A stretch of 43,608 bases of DNA from a candidate division WOR-3 bacterium (GCA_027053075.1 JALUEE010000054.1:1-43608), one strand, 5' to 3'. Positions 18,115 through 28,868 are shown, counted from the first letter of the stretch. Program-made: numbers and translations. Notes: generated by a model from the letters alone, not told the origin.

Positions 18115-19170
18115 CTATGCCCTCCTCAAAACTTTCCTGTTAATGAATGAAAATAGACCATCCCAGGAGAACTCCTTCCTTCCCATAATTCCATTCCTTG
18201 CGAAGATCATCAGTAATATCAACAGGACGGAGAAAGTTACCATTCTCATGCCCGGGATCCCTGGTGTATGAAGGCCAAAAATCACGTGTGGCTCTTCCAT
18301 CCATCTCAAGAGCTCTGAACCCCAAGCGAAAATAATTGCTCCAATTATAGCTCCTGTGGTACTTCCGAGACCACCTGCCACAATCATGATAAGCAGATTG
18401 AATGTGAGGAAGAAGGTAAAGAGTTTCGGGTCAATCGTTGTCAGCAAGTGTGCAAGAAGTCCACCGCCAACACCTTCAAAGAAGGCAGCCACGACAAAGG
18501 CCAGCATTTTATGCCAGAAAACATTAATTCCCATAGCCTGCGCGGCTGCTTCATCCTCCCTTATTGCCTTCATTGCCCGCCCATAGCTTGAATTCACGAG
18601 GCCAACGATGAAAAATACCACCACAACGGCTGTCCCCCAGGTCCACCAGATATTTGTGTACTGCCTCAGGCCTTTGAGTCCAAGGGCACCGTTTGTAAGA
18701 GGAATTAGATTCGTGGCAAAAACACGGACAATTTCACCGAATCCCAGTGTTACAATTGCAAGATAGTCGCCCCTGACACGGAAAACCGGTATTCCCATCA
18801 AAAATGCCAGAATTGCTGTAACAACTCCGCCAGTAAGAATCGCAGGTAGAAATGGAATAGAAATGTGATTTAAGGGCGAAATACATGGCTGAATGATGAA
18901 CGTCATCGCCTTTTCCTGAGGGGTCATCGTGAGAAGGGCCGCCGTGTAAGCACCAATTGCTACAAAGGCATTTGGCTCAAGTGAGAACTGACCAGTAATT
19001 CCATTGATCAGGTTATATGAAACGGTCAGGATGATATAGATCGCCGTAACATTCAGAATCTGTATCACGTAGCTGGATGCATGTTTGTTGAGATAAGCTA
19101 AAAGCAAAAACAGAAAAACTATACTCACCGATGTTAGGATCCAGTTTCTAATTCGCTTTTTGTCAATCAT
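18115..19170 (-). CDS. livM: Branched-chain amino acid ABC transporter permease LivM
   Basis: Multi-TM protein; GQFSL, RGDYLAIVTLGFGEI, GRAMKAIREDE motifs. Confidence 0.95.
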   Translation of the reverse strand: MIDKKRIRNWILTSVSIVFLFLLLAYLNKHASSYVIQILNVTAIYIILTVSYNLINGITGQFSLEPNAFVAIGAYTAALLTMTPQEKAMTFIIQPCISPLNHISIPFLPAILTGGVVTAILAFLMGIPVFRVRGDYLAIVTLGFGEIVRVFATNLIPLTNGALGLKGLRQYTNIWWTWGTAVVVVFFIVGLVNSSYGRAMKAIREDEAAAQAMGINVFWHKMLAFVVAAFFEGVGGGLLAHLLTTIDPKLFTFFLTFNLLIMIVAGGLGSTTGAIIGAIIFAWGSELLRWMEEPHVIFGLHTPGIPGMRMVTFSVLLILLMIFARNGIMGRKEFSWDGLFSFINRKVLRRA

Positions 19171-20054
19171 TCTGGCAAAACCTCCCCCATGATACCAGTA
19201 GGTTTGAAGATTAGAACTCCGATTAGCAGGAAAAATGCCACGGCATCCCTGTAACCTGCCAGCTGAGGGAAGAAAGCAACGAACAGAATTTCAATAACAC
19301 CAAGAAGAATTCCACCTATTGCAGCACCAACGACATTTCCAATTCCGCCAAAGACAGCCGCAACGAATGCTTTTAATCCGGGGATGATACCCATTAACGG
19401 GTTAATCTGTGGGTATTTCATGGCCCACATGATTCCACCTGCTGCAGCAAGAAACGAACCGAGTGCAAACGTGAAAGAAATCACACCGTCCACATCTACC
19501 CCCATGATCCTTGTAGTATCCATATCACGAGAGATCGCCCTCATAGCCATCCCACGGCGTGTCCTGTAAATAATATAGAATGTAAGAATGAGGAAAACTG
19601 CCGTGAAAAATGGAATCCAGAGACTCAGGGCCGGGATTGTTACTCCTTTCACATTGAAAATAGCGCCGAAGAGATGCGGAATTTTAAATCCTTTTGGTCT
19701 CCCACCAAATACCACTATTCCGAAGTTCTCAAGGAAAAAGGAAACACCAATGGCCGTGATAAGGGCTGAAATCCTTGGTGCGTTTCTTACAGGCTTGTAT
19801 GCCCCTCTGTCGATCAAAACTCCCAGTATCGCTGTCAAAATCATGGCGATAGGAAAGCTGATATACCAGGGTATCCGGAAGATTATGTAGCCGAAGAAGG
19901 CGAAGTAGGTGCTCATCATCATCACATCGCCGTGAGCGAAGTTGATGAGACGGATGATACCGTAAACCATTGTATACCCAATGGCTATCAGTGCATACAG
20001 ACTACCCAGCGAAAATCCATTTATCAACTGCTGTATAAATGTTGATAAGGTCAT
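19167..20054 (-). CDS. livH: Branched-chain amino acid ABC transporter permease LivH
   Basis: GSLYALIAIGYTMVYG..LINFAHG, GLKAFVAAVFGGIG motifs. Confidence 0.95.
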   Translation of the reverse strand: MTLSTFIQQLINGFSLGSLYALIAIGYTMVYGIIRLINFAHGDVMMMSTYFAFFGYIIFRIPWYISFPIAMILTAILGVLIDRGAYKPVRNAPRISALITAIGVSFFLENFGIVVFGGRPKGFKIPHLFGAIFNVKGVTIPALSLWIPFFTAVFLILTFYIIYRTRRGMAMRAISRDMDTTRIMGVDVDGVISFTFALGSFLAAAGGIMWAMKYPQINPLMGIIPGLKAFVAAVFGGIGNVVGAAIGGILLGVIEILFVAFFPQLAGYRDAVAFFLLIGVLIFKPTGIMGEVLPE

Positions 20055-20151
20055 CTCATTACACCTCTAAATAGATTTATCCCCTTTTAATATCGATAAA
20101 GCCTGGTTTATAAAAGAGGTTTGAAAACAGTTTTTAAAAGAATTGAGGTTT

Positions 20152-20188
20152 TTAGGGGGGCGAGGGGCGAAGCCCCTCGCCCCCCTAA
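20152..20188 (-). other. Perfect 17-bp-stem GC hairpin between livK and livH (mRNA stabiliser / partial terminator)
   Basis: TTAGGGGGGCGAGGGGC-GAA-GCCCCTCGCCCCCCTAA, 8 nt after the livK stop; no immediate U-tract on the coding strand. Confidence 0.7.
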
Positions 20189-20196
20189 CACCAAAC

Positions 20197-21315
20197 TTAT
20201 GGATTAATCGTTGTCACGTAAACGAATTTACCGTTCTTAACTACCCTGATAACTCCGCTCTTAACAGCGTTTCCATTAACCAATGTAATGATTCCAGTCA
20301 CACCTTCGAAATTCTTGGTGTGGTCAAGAGCATCCCTTATCTTGGCTGGATCAGCACTTCCGGCTCTCTTTATGGCATCCATAAGGAGCATGTAAGCGTC
20401 AAATCCAAGAGCGCCGAGTGCATCTGGAGCCTTGTGATATTTCTTGCGGAAAATCTTCACATATTTCTTTCCAAGCTCTGTCTGGACAGCCTTTTCATCG
20501 AAGTGCGTGGAGTAGTAAAGACCTTCCACCGCCTTTCCACCGATCTTTACAAGCTCAGGTGCCTCTGCACCGTCACCTGCAAGAAGGGTGGATTTGATCC
20601 CGAGCTCCCTTGCCTGACGGGCAATGAGAGCAATCTCAGTGTAGTATCCAGGAATCACGATTACATCAGGATTGAGCTTCTTGATTGCCGTGAGCTGAGC
20701 TGTGAAGTCCTGGTCACCTGTCTGATAAAATGCGTGGGAAACAACCTTTCCGCCGAGCTGGGTAAATTTCTTAATGAAGAAGTTGGAAAGACCAACTGAG
20801 TAGTCCTGTGCAATGTCAGTGAGAACAGCAGCGGTCTTAGCATGAAGATCATTTACTGCGAATTTTGCAAGCATCTCACCCTGGAATGGGTCAATAAAGC
20901 ATGCCCTGAAGACCCACTTTCTATTCTGTGTAACAAGTGGGTTTGTTGAAGAAGGTGTGATCTGAGGAATGTGGTTTTCCTCAGCGATAGGGGCAATTGC
21001 CAGTGAGTGAGAGGAGGCAACAGCACCGATTATTGCCACTACGTGGTCTTTCTTAATAAGCCTCTGTGCGACATTTGCAGCCTCGATCTTGTCGGATTTG
21101 TTATCATCCAAAATCAGCTTTACCTTTTTTCCGAGTACGGTAGGCTGCATCTCGTGGGCGATCTGGATACCTGTCCAGGTCATCTGACCGAACGCAGCGA
21201 CCGCTCCGGTCATCTCAAGGTCCACTCCGACCTTGATTACATCCTGAGCCTTTGCCGTTCCACCGAGGACAAAGAGCCCGACGAGTATATATACCATTGT
21301 TAGGAACTTCTTCAT
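20197..21315 (-). CDS. livK: Branched-chain amino acid ABC transporter substrate-binding protein (LivK/LivJ family)
   Basis: Signal peptide MKKFLT...AKA; DNKSD, ITPSSTNP, FRACFIDPFQG, DQDFTAQL motifs; start placed at ATG 21315 because the AGGAGG RBS overlaps the GTG at 21324. Confidence 0.92.
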   Translation of the reverse strand: MKKFLTMVYILVGLFVLGGTAKAQDVIKVGVDLEMTGAVAAFGQMTWTGIQIAHEMQPTVLGKKVKLILDDNKSDKIEAANVAQRLIKKDHVVAIIGAVASSHSLAIAPIAEENHIPQITPSSTNPLVTQNRKWVFRACFIDPFQGEMLAKFAVNDLHAKTAAVLTDIAQDYSVGLSNFFIKKFTQLGGKVVSHAFYQTGDQDFTAQLTAIKKLNPDVIVIPGYYTEIALIARQARELGIKSTLLAGDGAEAPELVKIGGKAVEGLYYSTHFDEKAVQTELGKKYVKIFRKKYHKAPDALGALGFDAYMLLMDAIKRAGSADPAKIRDALDHTKNFEGVTGIITLVNGNAVKSGVIRVVKNGKFVYVTTINP

Positions 21316-21344
21316 ACGACGCACCTCCTTTTATTTGATGATGA

Positions 21345-21374
21345 AATATATTGTTTGCTATATCGATTTGTCAA
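21345..21374 (-). promoter_or_regulatory. Putative sigma70 promoter of the liv operon
   Basis: Minus strand TTGACA (21374-21369) - 18 nt - TATATT (21350-21345). Confidence 0.5.
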
Positions 21375-21434
21375 CCTGGTTTCGATAAAATTCGAGTGCT
21401 GAATTTTTATATTTATGAAATACCTTCGGTGAAT

Positions 21435-22769
21435 TTATACAGAAACCGTTGCATTTTCAAACAACTCGAAATGGTCTATAACTTTTATTGGTTTCACAAT
21501 CGGCGCAAGACCTCTTACATCTATGACCTTGCCAAGAAGATATGTTCCCACCGGATAATTCCCCAGAATAACACCTTTAATAAATCCCCTATTTCGCCCT
21601 GCTGAGAGGGAACTATCCTTCCTCGAGTGTCCCTCAACGAGAAATTCGTAGAACTTTCCGATCATTTGAACCCTTTTCTCATGGGCGGCTTTATTGACTT
21701 CCTCAATTAAGACACGCAATCTCTTTCCTTTCTCTTCTGGGGTTACATCATCTTTCAATCTTGCAGCCGCTGTTCCAGGACGAGGACTGTATATAAACGT
21801 AAAAGCATGGTCAAATTTTACAGTTCTAACCACATCAATGGTCTCCTCAAAATCGGCCTCAGTTTCGCCTGGAAATCCAACCATTATATCTGTTGTTATA
21901 GTGGCCTCAGGCAGGACTTTTCTGATGTTTTTTGTGATTTCGATATATTCATCTTTAGTGTAACCACGTCGCATCATTTTCAAAATTTTGGTGGAACCTG
22001 CTTGAAGAGGCAGGTGAATCCAGTCTGTAATACTCTTTGACTCTGCAATGGTTCTTAAAACACTGTAGGTAAGGTCTCGAGGGTGCGATGTAGTAAATCT
22101 AATCCTTAAAAAATTGGTCTCTCGGTCAAGAAATTGAAGAAGTTCATAAAACTGGAACCTGCCGTCAAAGTAAGAATTTACATTTTGCCCGAGTAGTGTT
22201 ATCTCAACAACTCCCTGTTTCTCGAGGTTTTTAGCCTCTTTTATAATATGCTCAGCAGGTCTCGAAACCTCCCTGCCACGAGTATAGGGTACGATACAGT
22301 AGGAGCAAAAGTTGTCGCATCCTTGCATTATGTTAATAAACTCAGAGATACCAGTCGCTTTTCTCTTTAAGGGGGCATCAGTGAGCTCGAGCAGGCCAAA
22401 GTCCCTTGCCATTATTCTCTCTTCGAGTAAGGAACCGTTTAAAAGACTTTGAAGTGCATGAGGTATAAGCCTGTAACTGCGCGTACCAAAGGCAAGGTCG
22501 ACTCCTTCAATTACTTCCTCTCCTCCATGCTGCTGAGCCACACAGCCAAGCATGACTGTGATTTTCCCCAACTTTTTCATATCTCTTAGGAATTTGACTC
22601 CCCTCTCCTCTGCTTTTTGCCTGACACTGCAGGTATTTGAAAGCACAATATCGGCATCTTCTGGATTTTGGACCTCAACAAATCCAGAACTCAATAGAAT
22701 CTCCCTCACAAGACGGGAGTCATATACGTTCATCTGACAGCCAAAAGTTCTAATGTAAAACTTCTTCAT
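21435..22769 (-). CDS. miaB: tRNA-2-methylthio-N6-dimethylallyladenosine synthase MiaB
   Basis: TFGCQMN N-terminus, NTCSVR, radical SAM CDNFCSYCIVP, LLGQNVNSY, FTTSHP, YSPRPGT. Confidence 0.93.
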   Translation of the reverse strand: MKKFYIRTFGCQMNVYDSRLVREILLSSGFVEVQNPEDADIVLSNTCSVRQKAEERGVKFLRDMKKLGKITVMLGCVAQQHGGEEVIEGVDLAFGTRSYRLIPHALQSLLNGSLLEERIMARDFGLLELTDAPLKRKATGISEFINIMQGCDNFCSYCIVPYTRGREVSRPAEHIIKEAKNLEKQGVVEITLLGQNVNSYFDGRFQFYELLQFLDRETNFLRIRFTTSHPRDLTYSVLRTIAESKSITDWIHLPLQAGSTKILKMMRRGYTKDEYIEITKNIRKVLPEATITTDIMVGFPGETEADFEETIDVVRTVKFDHAFTFIYSPRPGTAAARLKDDVTPEEKGKRLRVLIEEVNKAAHEKRVQMIGKFYEFLVEGHSRKDSSLSAGRNRGFIKGVILGNYPVGTYLLGKVIDVRGLAPIVKPIKVIDHFELFENATVSV

Positions 22770-23491
22770 AATTCAATTTCATCAGCCCTAAAAACAGGGC
22801 CTTCTGTGCAAACTCTAAAGTACCCGTCACCCTTTGTCTTTTTTACTGCACATCCCATACAAATTCCTGTTCCGCAGCCCATGTAACTTTCAAGTGAAAA
22901 ATATAATCTATCAGGTGATATTTTATTTTTCAAGGCTTTCATCATCGGTGTTGGGCCACAGGCAAAGTAGATTTTCGATGAATCCATCGTTGTATAATCT
23001 GTTACGAGCCCTTTTAGTCCGGATGATCCATCCTCTGTAACTATTTTAACTTTCTCATCGCTAAAAATTCCCTTCCAGTTTAGTTCCGGCATAGTTCTGA
23101 AGCCTAAAATCACACTTTCAACCACTTCTGGATATTTCCGATAGAAAAAAATAATTGGAGCAATGCCAGAACCACCGCCTACGAGAATGGATTTTTTAGT
23201 TGTTTTAAATCCCGTACCAAGGGGGCCTATAATGTCCAGCTTCTCTGCCTCAGCTATCTTTTTAGAGCCTCTGCCTCTTTGCTGCACAATCACCCATACT
23301 CCATCCTTTTCAGTATCTGCGATGCTGAAAGGTCTTCTCAAGAGTGGATCATTACCATCCGGTATCTTGATCTCGATGAATTGCCCTGGCTCGGAATATT
23401 CGTGAATTTTCATACACTTCAGTCGAATTAAGACTTTGTCATAATCAAACTTGAGCCGTTCTGTAACAGGGCATTCCTCAAAAAACACCAT
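22766..23491 (-). CDS. pyrK: Dihydroorotate dehydrogenase electron-transfer subunit (PyrK-like FAD/[2Fe-2S] protein)
   Basis: PGQF, LRRPFSI, GPLG, GGGSGIAP, CGPTPM, MGCGTGICMGC...VCTEGPVF. Confidence 0.85.
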   Translation of the reverse strand: MVFFEECPVTERLKFDYDKVLIRLKCMKIHEYSEPGQFIEIKIPDGNDPLLRRPFSIADTEKDGVWVIVQQRGRGSKKIAEAEKLDIIGPLGTGFKTTKKSILVGGGSGIAPIIFFYRKYPEVVESVILGFRTMPELNWKGIFSDEKVKIVTEDGSSGLKGLVTDYTTMDSSKIYFACGPTPMMKALKNKISPDRLYFSLESYMGCGTGICMGCAVKKTKGDGYFRVCTEGPVFRADEIEL

Positions 23492-24132
23492 CAGTACGCT
23501 CCGGTACCTTTGACAATCACGAAGAGAGTTTTAAAGAGTATCTTGAGGTCAAGTGGGAATGATAAATGATCAACGTAATATCTATCGAGCTTTACCCTCT
23601 CTTCAACAGGAAGGTCATTTCTGCCTGAGACCTGCCATAGACCCGTCAATCCTGGTGGAAGTTTCGTGATATAATCGAGGTTCGTCAGATAAATGTAAAT
23701 GTCTCTGTCTGTTATGGGACGCGGTCCAATTATGCTCATATCTCCCTTCAATACGTTAATAAACTGCGGAAGCTCATCAAGGCTGGTTTTTCTCAAGATT
23801 TTCCCAATCCTGGTTATCCTCGGGTCATGAGTTAATTTGTTAAGTGTAAGAAACTCTTCGCGGAGTTTTGGATTCTCCCTCAAAACTTTTTCAAGCACCT
23901 CATCAGCGTTGATGACCATAGTCCGGAATTTGTAGAGATAAAAATAACGGCCCTTGTAACCAATTCTTTTTTGCTTATAAAAGACTGGTCCTTTAGATGT
24001 TAGCTTGATCAGGATAGCTATAATCAGGAAAAATGGGGCGAGGATCAACAAAATACTGAATGAAAATATCTTGTCAAAGATTTTCTTCCATGTGGGTATG
24101 GCAACAGGTTTCGAATTTCGTGAGATATTCAT
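23491..24132 (-). CDS. Bacterial sugar transferase (polyprenyl-phosphate phosphoglycosyl transferase, short form)
   Basis: KKIFD, GPVFYKQKRIG, KFRTM, DPRITRIG..LRKTSLDELPQFINVLKGDMSIIGPRP, PGLTGLWQVSGRN. Confidence 0.93.
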   Translation of the reverse strand: MNISRNSKPVAIPTWKKIFDKIFSFSILLILAPFFLIIAILIKLTSKGPVFYKQKRIGYKGRYFYLYKFRTMVINADEVLEKVLRENPKLREEFLTLNKLTHDPRITRIGKILRKTSLDELPQFINVLKGDMSIIGPRPITDRDIYIYLTNLDYITKLPPGLTGLWQVSGRNDLPVEERVKLDRYYVDHLSFPLDLKILFKTLFVIVKGTGAY

Positions 24133-24232
24133 TAACTCAAAATGTTTCCTATAAAATTCACCTCCGAATGGGCCTTAATTATAACCTATGAGTCAGCGGT
24201 GGTGAACACATTTACAAATCTATTCAGAAATA

Positions 24233-24288
24233 CCCCCTACCCATCCTCCCCCACGCACTTCGTGCGTGGGGGAGGATACAGGTGGGGG
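24233..24288 (+). repeat. Hairpin + mirror-repeat element, variant copy 6
   Basis: ATCCTCCCCCACGCAC-TTC-GTGCGTGGGGGAGGAT-ACA-GGTGGGGG, with CCCCCTACCC on the 5' side. Confidence 0.75.
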
Positions 24289-24406
24289 ATTCACCTTAAA
24301 ATTTAATGACTCATGAAACTTTTTCGAACAAGCCACACTTTTCTGCTATCAGATCAAAGCGTTTATAATATCCCAGAACTTGGGCAAGGAAAATGCCCAC
24401 CAATTC

Positions 24407-25957
24407 TTATAGCGGGATATTACCGTGCTTTTTGGGTGGAATGGATTGTCTCTTGGTTTCAAGAATCCTTAAAGATTTAACAAGCCATGGTCTGGTATCC
24501 GCAGGATCAATAATGTCATCAATGTACCCCAGTGATGCGGCGTAGTACGGATTTGCAAATTTGTCTTTGTATTCCTGGATGAGCTTCTGCCTCAACGCTT
24601 CCGGGTCCTCCGCCTCTTTCAGTTCACGCCTATAAATGATTTCAACTGCGCCTTCTGGTCCCATAACAGCGATTTCCGCCGTCGGCCAGGCAAGGTTGAT
24701 ATCTGCCCTGACCTGTTTTGAGCCTAAAACACAGTAGGCGCCACCGTAGGATTTCCTCGTAATTATCGTGATTTTGGGTACCGTGGCCTCAGAATACGCA
24801 TATAAAAGCTTGGCACCATGTTTGATGATTCCCCCGTGCTCCTGCGAAACACCGGGGAGAAATCCCGGAACGTCCTCAAAGGTTATTATCGGAATATTAA
24901 ATGCGTCGCAAAATCTAACAAATCTTGCAGCCTTTACAGAAGCATTTATATCAAGGGCACCTGCAAGAAACATGGGCTGCTGGGCAACAATACCAACAGG
25001 TCTTCCATCAATTCTCGCAAAACCGATAATTATATTTGGGGCAAAGTGCTCGTGAACCTCAAAAAACTCTCCATTGTCAACAACTCTGTAAATCACTTCT
25101 TTCATATCGTAGGGCTGGTTCGAGTCGTCAGGCACGATTTTCCTGAGTTCCGGGTCTCTTCTCTCCGGGTCATCGTTTGGGGTCACTCTTGGTGGGTCTT
25201 CCATGTTGTTCTGGGGGATAAATTCCAGCAATTTACGGATATTCATCAAAACTTCTTCTTCAGTGTCATACACAAAATGAGCCACGCCCGATTTCTCCGC
25301 ATGAACATCTGCTCCTCCCAATTCATCGTGGGTAACATCTTCGTGAGTAGTCTTTTTGACAACATCCGGCCCTGTGATATACATATAACTGGTGCCCCTT
25401 GCCATGAAAATGAAATCAGTCAACGCTGGAGAGTAAACAGCTCCCCCCGCGGAGGGACCAAGAATCGCAGATATCTGTGGAATCACTCCCGATGCGAGTG
25501 TATTCCTTAAGAATATCTCAGCATATCCAGCAAGACTACCCACTCCTTCCTGTATTCGAGCTCCACCGGAATCGTTCAGCCCTATGAGAGGAGCTCCCAC
25601 TCTCATAGCCATATCCATGATTTTCTTGATCTTCTCGGCGTGGGCAAGTGAAAGAGTTCCCCCAAACACTGTGAAATCCTGAGAAAATACAAAAACAAGC
25701 CTGCCATTAATTGTTCCAAATCCTGTGACAACGCCGTCCCCCAAAATCTTTCTCTTCTCAAGACCAAAATCATATATTCTATGGGTTACAAATTGGTCAA
25801 TCTCCTGGAAAGACCCTTCATCCAGCAAAATATCAAGCCTTTCCCTTGCGGTGAGTTTCCCCTTTTCGTGTTGTCTCTTGACCCTTTCTTCTCCACCTCC
25901 CAACCTGGCAAGCTCTCTCAACCTTGCAAGTTCTTTAAGCTTTTCTTCAATACCCAT
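24407..25957 (-). CDS. Acyl-CoA carboxylase carboxyltransferase subunit (propionyl-CoA carboxylase beta / methylmalonyl-CoA decarboxylase alpha)
   Basis: [69 protein letters not shown]-terminus. Confidence 0.95.
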   Translation of the reverse strand: MGIEEKLKELARLRELARLGGGEERVKRQHEKGKLTARERLDILLDEGSFQEIDQFVTHRIYDFGLEKRKILGDGVVTGFGTINGRLVFVFSQDFTVFGGTLSLAHAEKIKKIMDMAMRVGAPLIGLNDSGGARIQEGVGSLAGYAEIFLRNTLASGVIPQISAILGPSAGGAVYSPALTDFIFMARGTSYMYITGPDVVKKTTHEDVTHDELGGADVHAEKSGVAHFVYDTEEEVLMNIRKLLEFIPQNNMEDPPRVTPNDDPERRDPELRKIVPDDSNQPYDMKEVIYRVVDNGEFFEVHEHFAPNIIIGFARIDGRPVGIVAQQPMFLAGALDINASVKAARFVRFCDAFNIPIITFEDVPGFLPGVSQEHGGIIKHGAKLLYAYSEATVPKITIITRKSYGGAYCVLGSKQVRADINLAWPTAEIAVMGPEGAVEIIYRRELKEAEDPEALRQKLIQEYKDKFANPYYAASLGYIDDIIDPADTRPWLVKSLRILETKRQSIPPKKHGNIPL

Positions 25958-25959
25958 AA

Positions 25960-27099
25960 TTATCCTCCACCAAATTGCTGTCTATCTCTTTTTGCCATCT
26001 CTTCAAAAATTGCCCAGGACTTATCAGAGGAATCCAGGATTCCTTCAAGCCTGAGTCTGAGACTCTCTTTATTGGTTGCATACTCGAGGGCAACCTCTTT
26101 GGTAATCAAACCACGCTTATAAAGATAAAACAGGGACTGATCAAAGGTTTGCATTCCGTAGGGTATGTAACCCTCGGCAATCGCATCGTAAATTTCCGAG
26201 AGTCTGTCTGGATTTTTTATCATCTCTTTTATTCTTTCAGTTACAACCATAATTTCAACAGCCGGGACACGACCTGTTCCATCTGCCTTTGGAACAAGTC
26301 TCTGTGATATAACAGCTTTTAAAACTGACGCAAGCTGTGTCATTGCCATATCTTTGTAGTTGGGCGGGAAAATAGATACGATTCTATTGATCGTTTCTTT
26401 CGCGTCAAGGGTATGAAGTGTAGATAAAACAAGATGGCCCGTCTCGGCAGCATTCAGAGCAGTTGAAACTGTTTCAAGGTCTCTCATTTCTCCCACCATG
26501 ATAACATTTGGGTCCTGCCTCAAGGCTTCTTTTAGCCCCGCATAAAATGAAATCGTATCAAGTCCAACCTCCCTTTGCGAGATTATGCTATTAAACTCTT
26601 TAAGCTCGTACTCGATTGGGTCTTCAATCGTAATGATATTGACGGTTTTCAGCTTATTAATGTGATTTATCATCGCTGCAAGTGTTGTGGACTTACCGGT
26701 TCCAGCAACACCTGTAACAAGGATAAGCCCCCTCTCTTCCATGGCGATTTTTTCAATAACCTGTGGTAGATTAAGCTCTCTGATGCTTTTTATCTCTGTA
26801 GAAATAACTCTTATCGCAATCGCGTACTTCCCTTTTTGTCTGTAAATATTCACCCTGTAACGGCCGTAGGAGTCGGAGAAGCCCGTATCTATCGCGAATT
26901 TTTCCTCAAGGACTTTCATCTGTTCAGGACGCAAAATTGTATCGATGATATTCTCAATGGCAGAGTCGGTGAGGGGCATTATATCTCTTAGTACATGCAG
27001 GTTTCCGTAAATTCTAAGTATTGGTGGTTTGCCGGGCTTTAAATGGATATCAGAGGCATTCTTCTCCCGCGCGAATTTTAATAATCTCAAAAAGTTCAC
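25960..27099 (-). CDS. pilT: Type IV pilus retraction ATPase, PilT/PilU family
   Basis: [66 protein letters not shown]; the AIRNLIRE motif is diverged (RIKEMIKN). Confidence 0.88.
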   Translation of the reverse strand: MNFLRLLKFAREKNASDIHLKPGKPPILRIYGNLHVLRDIMPLTDSAIENIIDTILRPEQMKVLEEKFAIDTGFSDSYGRYRVNIYRQKGKYAIAIRVISTEIKSIRELNLPQVIEKIAMEERGLILVTGVAGTGKSTTLAAMINHINKLKTVNIITIEDPIEYELKEFNSIISQREVGLDTISFYAGLKEALRQDPNVIMVGEMRDLETVSTALNAAETGHLVLSTLHTLDAKETINRIVSIFPPNYKDMAMTQLASVLKAVISQRLVPKADGTGRVPAVEIMVVTERIKEMIKNPDRLSEIYDAIAEGYIPYGMQTFDQSLFYLYKRGLITKEVALEYATNKESLRLRLEGILDSSDKSWAIFEEMAKRDRQQFGGG

Positions 27100-27106
27100 G
27101 AGTGAA

Positions 27107-27135
27107 ATTTTATGTTATCGAAAAAATATAGTCAA
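27107..27135 (-). promoter_or_regulatory. sigma70 promoter positioned for a leaderless pilT transcript
   Basis: TTGACT (27135-27130) - 17 nt - TAAAAT (27112-27107) - 7 nt - GTG (27099); no SD sequence. Confidence 0.6.
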
Positions 27136-27214
27136 CAGGCTGGGGAGTCTGTTCGAATAATATGAATTAGAGAATTAAGTGTTAAAATATACCGAAAGTT
27201 TCACTTAAAAAATT

Positions 27215-27265
27215 TCCTCCCCCCGCATAAATTTATTTGCGGGGGGAGGATGAAAGGAGAGGGGG
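27215..27265 (+). repeat. Hairpin + mirror-repeat element, copy 7
   Basis: TCCTCCCCCCGCA-TAAATTTATT-TGCGGGGGGAGGA-TGAA-AGGAGAGGGGG. Confidence 0.8.
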
Positions 27266-27352
27266 CACATTAAGAATTTTTTTATCAGAAATCCATCTTT
27301 GCTTTGCAGGGATGGGTAGTGGTGCTGATATTTCAAAATTTCTAGCGGGAAA

Positions 27353-27399
27353 CCCCCTCCCATCGCCCACCCCCACCTGCTGCGCAAGTGGGGGTGGGC
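27353..27399 (-). repeat. Hairpin + mirror-repeat element (type B variant), copy 8
   Basis: CCCCCTCCC-ATC-GCCCACCCCCAC-(11 nt)-GTGGGGGTGGGC, preceded by ATTTCTAGCGGGAAA similar to the other type B flanks. Confidence 0.7.
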
Positions 27400-27512
27400 A
27401 ATCGTTCCGTATATCTTCCACGGGTAAAACGATGTAAAAAAATACCAACATGCACCTGTTACGCAAACATCAATTCTGTGGGTTGGAATCTTTGAACAGG
27501 ATTACAGGCTGG

Positions 27513-28868
27513 TTAGAACTTTTCTCCGTACTTCAGCTTGTCTTCCAGTCGCATGAAACCTCGTATGGCATGGCTCAAAACATACCTGAAAGGCTCAGGA
27601 GGGAATGGTATCACCTTCCTCCCTATAAAGAACATACGTGTTCTCTCTGTGTCCATATCAAGCAGGAGCTCCGCAAGGAGACGTCCTGTATTGAAAGTTG
27701 CTGAAACCCCATGCCCAATGTAACCGAGCGCAAAGACAGCACTCCTGTCCTTTCCCAAAAATCCAACTGCCGGAGCCATGTCCAGCGTGATTGAGACAGG
27801 CCCACCCCATTGATGGGTAAATTTTATACCCTCAAGCTGAGGAAAGACCCAGAGCAGGTATTTCTTCAGTTCTTCAAAATTCTTCTCGTCGAGGTCTCGC
27901 TCCATATCACGTCCATAAGTAACCCCAACGTCCCTGCCACCGAGCACAATTCTATTATCCTTCGTCAATCTATAATAGTGGATGAAGTCACGAGAATCCT
28001 CGATTCCTGCCCGATTTTTCCATCCTATACTCTCCATCTGCTCATCAGTTAGGGGCTCGGTCATAACAATCCTTGTAAATGCTGGTGTTTGGTATTTGTA
28101 AATTTCCGGGAAAAGGATGGAATAGGCGTTTGTTGCAAAAACTACTCTTTTTGCCAGCAAGCGTCCTTCAGGTGTCTTTAAAACAAACTTGTATCCATCG
28201 GCAGGGTTCTTTCGTTTCTCAAACTCAATGACCGGTGAATATTCATAAATCTTTACACCTGCCTCTTCAGCTTTTTCTTTCAGTGCACGGGCCCATTTTG
28301 CCGGATGTAAAATACCACACTGTGGCTCAAACCAACCGAGCAAATATTTATCCGTATTAAATTCAGACCGGAGCTTTTCCTTATCCCATACTTCAACTCC
28401 TTTATAGTCCATTTCTCTTGCTACCTCAATCTCATGCTCAAGCCTCTTGACCTGCGCCTCGTTTGTTGCAACAAGTAGATACCCCGTTCCCTCATAGTCG
28501 CAATCAATGTTATTCTCTCTGATAAAACTCGCAAGGTAGTTGACAGCCTCTTCCATGAATCTCCGCGCCTGCCTGCCCTTTTCAACTCCAAATCTAAATT
28601 TTGTAATGGAGGGAGTGAGCCCAAAGAGTGTCATATTGAACCCACCGTTTCGGCCACTGGCCCCGTACCCGCATATTTCTGCCTCAAGAAGAGTCACATC
28701 TATTCCTTTATCATAACTTTTCAAATGAAACCCCGTGGACATGCCCGTGTATCCACCACCGATTATAGCGATATCGGTTTTATCTTCACCTTTTAGTGAA
28801 GGATTGGGCTGAATCTCCCCAAGCGACTCAAGCCAGTAACTTCTTTTCCTATAATCACCTTTAATCAT
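27513..28868 (-). CDS. FAD-dependent oxidoreductase, DAO/PuuB (gamma-glutamylputrescine oxidase-like) family
   Basis: SYW, DIAIIGGGYTG dinucleotide fold, GASGRNGG, ATNAY, WGG, GYIGHGV; start set at ATG 28868 behind AAGGAGG. Confidence 0.85.
   Translation of the reverse strand: MIKGDYRKRSYWLESLGEIQPNPSLKGEDKTDIAIIGGGYTGMSTGFHLKSYDKGIDVTLLEAEICGYGASGRNGGFNMTLFGLTPSITKFRFGVEKGRQARRFMEEAVNYLASFIRENNIDCDYEGTGYLLVATNEAQVKRLEHEIEVAREMDYKGVEVWDKEKLRSEFNTDKYLLGWFEPQCGILHPAKWARALKEKAEEAGVKIYEYSPVIEFEKRKNPADGYKFVLKTPEGRLLAKRVVFATNAYSILFPEIYKYQTPAFTRIVMTEPLTDEQMESIGWKNRAGIEDSRDFIHYYRLTKDNRIVLGGRDVGVTYGRDMERDLDEKNFEELKKYLLWVFPQLEGIKFTHQWGGPVSITLDMAPAVGFLGKDRSAVFALGYIGHGVSATFNTGRLLAELLLDMDTERTRMFFIGRKVIPFPPEPFRYVLSHAIRGFMRLEDKLKYGEKF

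Noticed and set aside
24818..25510. Long plus-strand ORFs (e.g. 24818-25510, 20143-20799, 31133-31774, 34332-34937)
   Set aside because: Antisense shadows of well-conserved minus-strand genes
25960..27099. pilT as part of a pilus/secretion cluster linked to the giant protein
   Set aside because: No other pil genes nearby and 10 kb of unrelated genes intervene; orphan pilT paralogs are common
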